Made by a program: the position numbers and the translations under genes | Notes under the pieces: model-generated | Databases searched by the model: none | Told to the model about the DNA's origin: nothing | Seen by the model: the letters and a program-made list of their open reading frames with translations, nothing else | In this document: positions 49,394 to 51,840 of the stretch, in pieces | How the letters are laid out: every line of letters begins with the position of its first letter | Position numbering within the stretch: position 1 is the first letter of the stretch | Origin: a bacterium | Lineage (GTDB): Bacteria > Patescibacteriota > Doudnabacteria > UBA920 > VMFF01 | Reading direction: 5' to 3' | NCBI GenBank assembly: GCA_027348385.1 | Contig: DAIEPO010000002.1 | Span: 1-51,840 of the forward strand | Length of the DNA: 51,840 nt

Positions 49394-50428
49394 CTATTTC
49401 AATTCTAACTGCGGGTTAACTTTTAACTTTGTATATTTAACTGGTTTAAAACCACCCTGTACTTTGATGGCAGCTGCATTTGCAATCATTAAAGCATTGT
49501 CAGTACACAGAGAAAAATCTGGTACATAGAATTTGTTATATATTTTACGACTGGCTGAAGCCAGTTTTTTTCGTAAGAGTTTGTTAGCAGCAACCCCACC
49601 TGAAAGAGTTATACTTTTAGTTTTGTATTTTTCCGCTGCTCTTATGGTCTTTTTAACTAAAACATCAATCACTGCTTCTTGAAAAGAGCAGGCAAGATTT
49701 GCTTTTGTTTGTGGGTTTTTTAAATTTAGTTTTTCATCACGTATTTTGTAAAGTACTGCTGTTTTTAATCCTGCAAAACTAAAGTCAAAGTTTTTTGTAT
49801 TAAGCATGGGTCTTGGGAAAGCATAGTCTTCAAATCCTTTTTTCTTTGCTTTCTTAGCCCACTTAGAAATTTCGGGTCCACCTGGGTATGCTAAGCCAAG
49901 CATTTTAGCAACTTTATCAAACGCTTCTCCTGCTGCATCATCTACAGTTGATCCAAGGATTTTAAATTTGTTTTTCTTTGTAAGGAGGATTAAATATGTA
50001 TGACCTCCTGAAACAATGAGGTTCACGCTAGGAAGTTTAATCTTTGGATCACTAACAAAAGCAGAGTAGAGGTGTCCGAGCATGTGGTTTGTAGGAATGA
50101 CTTTTTTGTTCAAGGCCAAAGCAAGACCTTTGGTGTATTCAGTTCCAACTAAAAGTGAGCTAACTAAACCAGGACCATTTGTTACAGCAAAATAGTCGAT
50201 TGATTCAAGAGGGGTTTTCGCGTCTTTTAAGGCTTTTTGAACAACCCTTGATATTTTTGAGATGTGTGCTCGGGCTGCAACCTCAGGCACAACTCCTTCG
50301 GTTTTTTTGTGTATTAATATCTGCGAAGAAACAATATTACTTAGTTTTTTAACACCTGATTTTTTCCCTGCTAAAACAACCGCTGCTGATGTTTCATCAC
50401 AAGAGCTTTCTATTGCCAGTATTTTCAT
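49394..50428 (-). CDS. tsaD: tRNA N6-adenosine threonylcarbamoyltransferase TsaD
   Basis: IESSCDET, VVPEVAARAH, HMLGH, VSGGHT, DDAAGEAFDK, CTDNA. Confidence 0.97.
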   Translation of the reverse strand: MKILAIESSCDETSAAVVLAGKKSGVKKLSNIVSSQILIHKKTEGVVPEVAARAHISKISRVVQKALKDAKTPLESIDYFAVTNGPGLVSSLLVGTEYTKGLALALNKKVIPTNHMLGHLYSAFVSDPKIKLPSVNLIVSGGHTYLILLTKKNKFKILGSTVDDAAGEAFDKVAKMLGLAYPGGPEISKWAKKAKKKGFEDYAFPRPMLNTKNFDFSFAGLKTAVLYKIRDEKLNLKNPQTKANLACSFQEAVIDVLVKKTIRAAEKYKTKSITLSGGVAANKLLRKKLASASRKIYNKFYVPDFSLCTDNALMIANAAAIKVQGGFKPVKYTKLKVNPQLELK

Positions 50429-51165
50429 TCAATTTCTTCTAAGTTTTTGAGTTCTTGCTCGACAGCAAGTTCCCAGTTGTCGCTTTGATGACCAACGTAT
50501 TTTCTAACTATTTTCTTTGGAGTATCAAGACCTGCTTGGATATAGTAGGTTTCGAGGATGCGGTTTACATCTGCTACTGCTTCATCGTAGTTTTTGTATT
50601 TCTTCATGTTCCAAGCTCCACCAATGCCCCAGCAGTTGTTTGTTACTTGGTGTTTACAAAAAGAACTTTCAGCACGAGAAATGGCAATAATAAGTTTCCA
50701 CTGGCTTTGTTCTGAGATTGCATCAACATGATCTGCAAGTGGGGTACCTTTGGCTCTGAGATATTTTTCTAAAAACTCTTTTCGTTTTTTTAGAGGATCA
50801 GGTAAAATCATGCCTTCTTTAGGCAAGTAAACCTCATCAGGTGCAAGACGAACGTTTGGATCAAATACAGGGACGTCAGGTTTATCTAGTATTGCTAGTT
50901 CGTTTGCTTTTCTTGGAAGTTCTTGAGTTATTAAGGCTTGTTGCTTTGGTGCATTGATTGCTGCAAGCCCTTGGCTAGTTGCAATTGAGAATATGAAAGT
51001 AACTACAAAAGTAATTGCAATTGTTGATATTTGTCTTTTATCAAAAAAAGAAAAAAAGTGAATTTTCTTTACAGAGAAAAAAGTTTTTTGCGTTGGTTGT
51101 TTTTTTGTTTCAACGCGCTTTGCGATATATTGGGGATTTTTTCTAATTCCGTCTATGCTTCTCAT
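50425..51165 (-). CDS. Membrane-anchored protein with lysozyme/glucosaminidase-like C-terminal domain
   Basis: Single TM; AISRAESSFCK..NNCWG motif; start MRSIDG 7 nt after TGnTATAAT. Confidence 0.6.
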   Translation of the reverse strand: MRSIDGIRKNPQYIAKRVETKKQPTQKTFFSVKKIHFFSFFDKRQISTIAITFVVTFIFSIATSQGLAAINAPKQQALITQELPRKANELAILDKPDVPVFDPNVRLAPDEVYLPKEGMILPDPLKKRKEFLEKYLRAKGTPLADHVDAISEQSQWKLIIAISRAESSFCKHQVTNNCWGIGGAWNMKKYKNYDEAVADVNRILETYYIQAGLDTPKKIVRKYVGHQSDNWELAVEQELKNLEEIE

Positions 51166-51253
51166 ATCTCTCATTATATCATAAAAACATGATGTAAAGT
51201 TGACTTGACATTAATAATCCACTACGTTAATATATTTAAAGAAAGGAGAGAGC

Positions 51254-51664
51254 ATGGATACTAGCAAAGTGTTAAAAAGCGAAGAAGATTGGAAAAAAGA
51301 GTTAACTCCAGAGCAATATCATATTATGAGAGAAAGGGGTACCGAGGCTCCTTTTAGTGGAGTGTATGTAAATACCAAGGAAAAAGGAATGTTTCAGTGT
51401 GCTGCTTGTGGCAACCAATTATTTTCTTCAGACACAAAATTTGATTCAGGTACTGGTTGGCCAAGTTTTGATCAGGCAATTCCAGGAAGCGTAGAAATGC
51501 ATGAAGACACTTCAGCTGGAATGAGCAGAACAGAAGTTGTTTGTTCTAAGTGTGGGGCACACCTTGGTCATGTTTTTGACGATGGCCCGATGCAAAGCAC
51601 AGGCAAGAGATATTGCATTAATTCTGCTTGTTTGGTGTTGAAAAAAGAGGGTAACGGGGAATGA
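51254..51664 (+). CDS. msrB: Peptide-methionine (R)-S-oxide reductase
   Basis: GTEAPF, two CxxC, GWPSF, HLGHVF, RYCINS; AAGGAG RBS. Confidence 0.97.
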   Translation: MDTSKVLKSEEDWKKELTPEQYHIMRERGTEAPFSGVYVNTKEKGMFQCAACGNQLFSSDTKFDSGTGWPSFDQAIPGSVEMHEDTSAGMSRTEVVCSKCGAHLGHVFDDGPMQSTGKRYCINSACLVLKKEGNGE

Positions 51665-51840
51665 TTCAAATAATATTTGCATTACTGGCGGGTGTGTTGA
51701 CTGTTGGAGCGCCTTGTATTTTACCTGTACTTCCGATTGTTCTTGGAGCCTCAATTGGCAGAGAGAGCAAGACAAGACCATTGTTCTTAACCCTTGGTTT
51801 TATTCTCAGCTTTGTTTTTGTATCTTTAGTTTTCTCTGTG
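51661..51840 (+). CDS. CcdA/DsbD-type thiol-disulfide membrane protein, 3'-truncated by window edge
   Basis: [33 protein letters not shown] overlap with msrB; not in ORF track. Confidence 0.82.
   Translation, partial: MIQIIFALLAGVLTVGAPCILPVLPIVLGASIGRESKTRPLFLTLGFILSFVFVSLVFSV

Noticed and set aside
1..51840. CRISPR array, rRNA, transposase, integrase, prophage
   Set aside because: No regularly spaced repeats or recognisable motifs seen by eye

Overview
An AT-rich bacterial chromosome segment spanning the replication origin (jag-yidC-yidD-rnpA-rpmH <- -> dnaA-oriC-dnaN-recF-dciA). It carries mostly housekeeping genes: rsmI, yebC, ruvA/B/C, tyrS, a class A PBP, polA, uvrB, murE, a FemABX transferase, tsaB/D/E, pilB, rpoB, rpoC, valS and msrB. 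The compact gene set, short ValS and TsaB, degenerate DHH protein and type IV pilus genes suggest a CPR/Patescibacteria genome (inference only). No CRISPR array, rRNA, transposase or integrase was seen. Most of the unusual signal is RNA-level and absent from the ORF track. (1) Between rpoC and the valS operon lies a 72-nt tRNA-like RNA with no D-arm, a G3.U70 alanine-type acceptor stem and an encoded CCA. It is followed by a separately promoted ~55-nt sRNA whose 5' end is complementary to its central loop, and the pair is bracketed by two near-identical terminators. (2) An aromatic amino acid operon (tyrA-pheA fusion, DAHP synthase, chorismate mutase) has two Phe/Tyr-rich leader-peptide attenuators, one leaderless and one internal and translationally coupled. 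(3) A T-box-like riboswitch precedes valS. (4) TsaB is fused in frame to a type IV prepilin. (5) Leaderless promoters are widespread. (6) Three GC-rich orphan genes sit in self-contained, RNA-structured cassettes. All structures were read by eye; no folding or database search was run.
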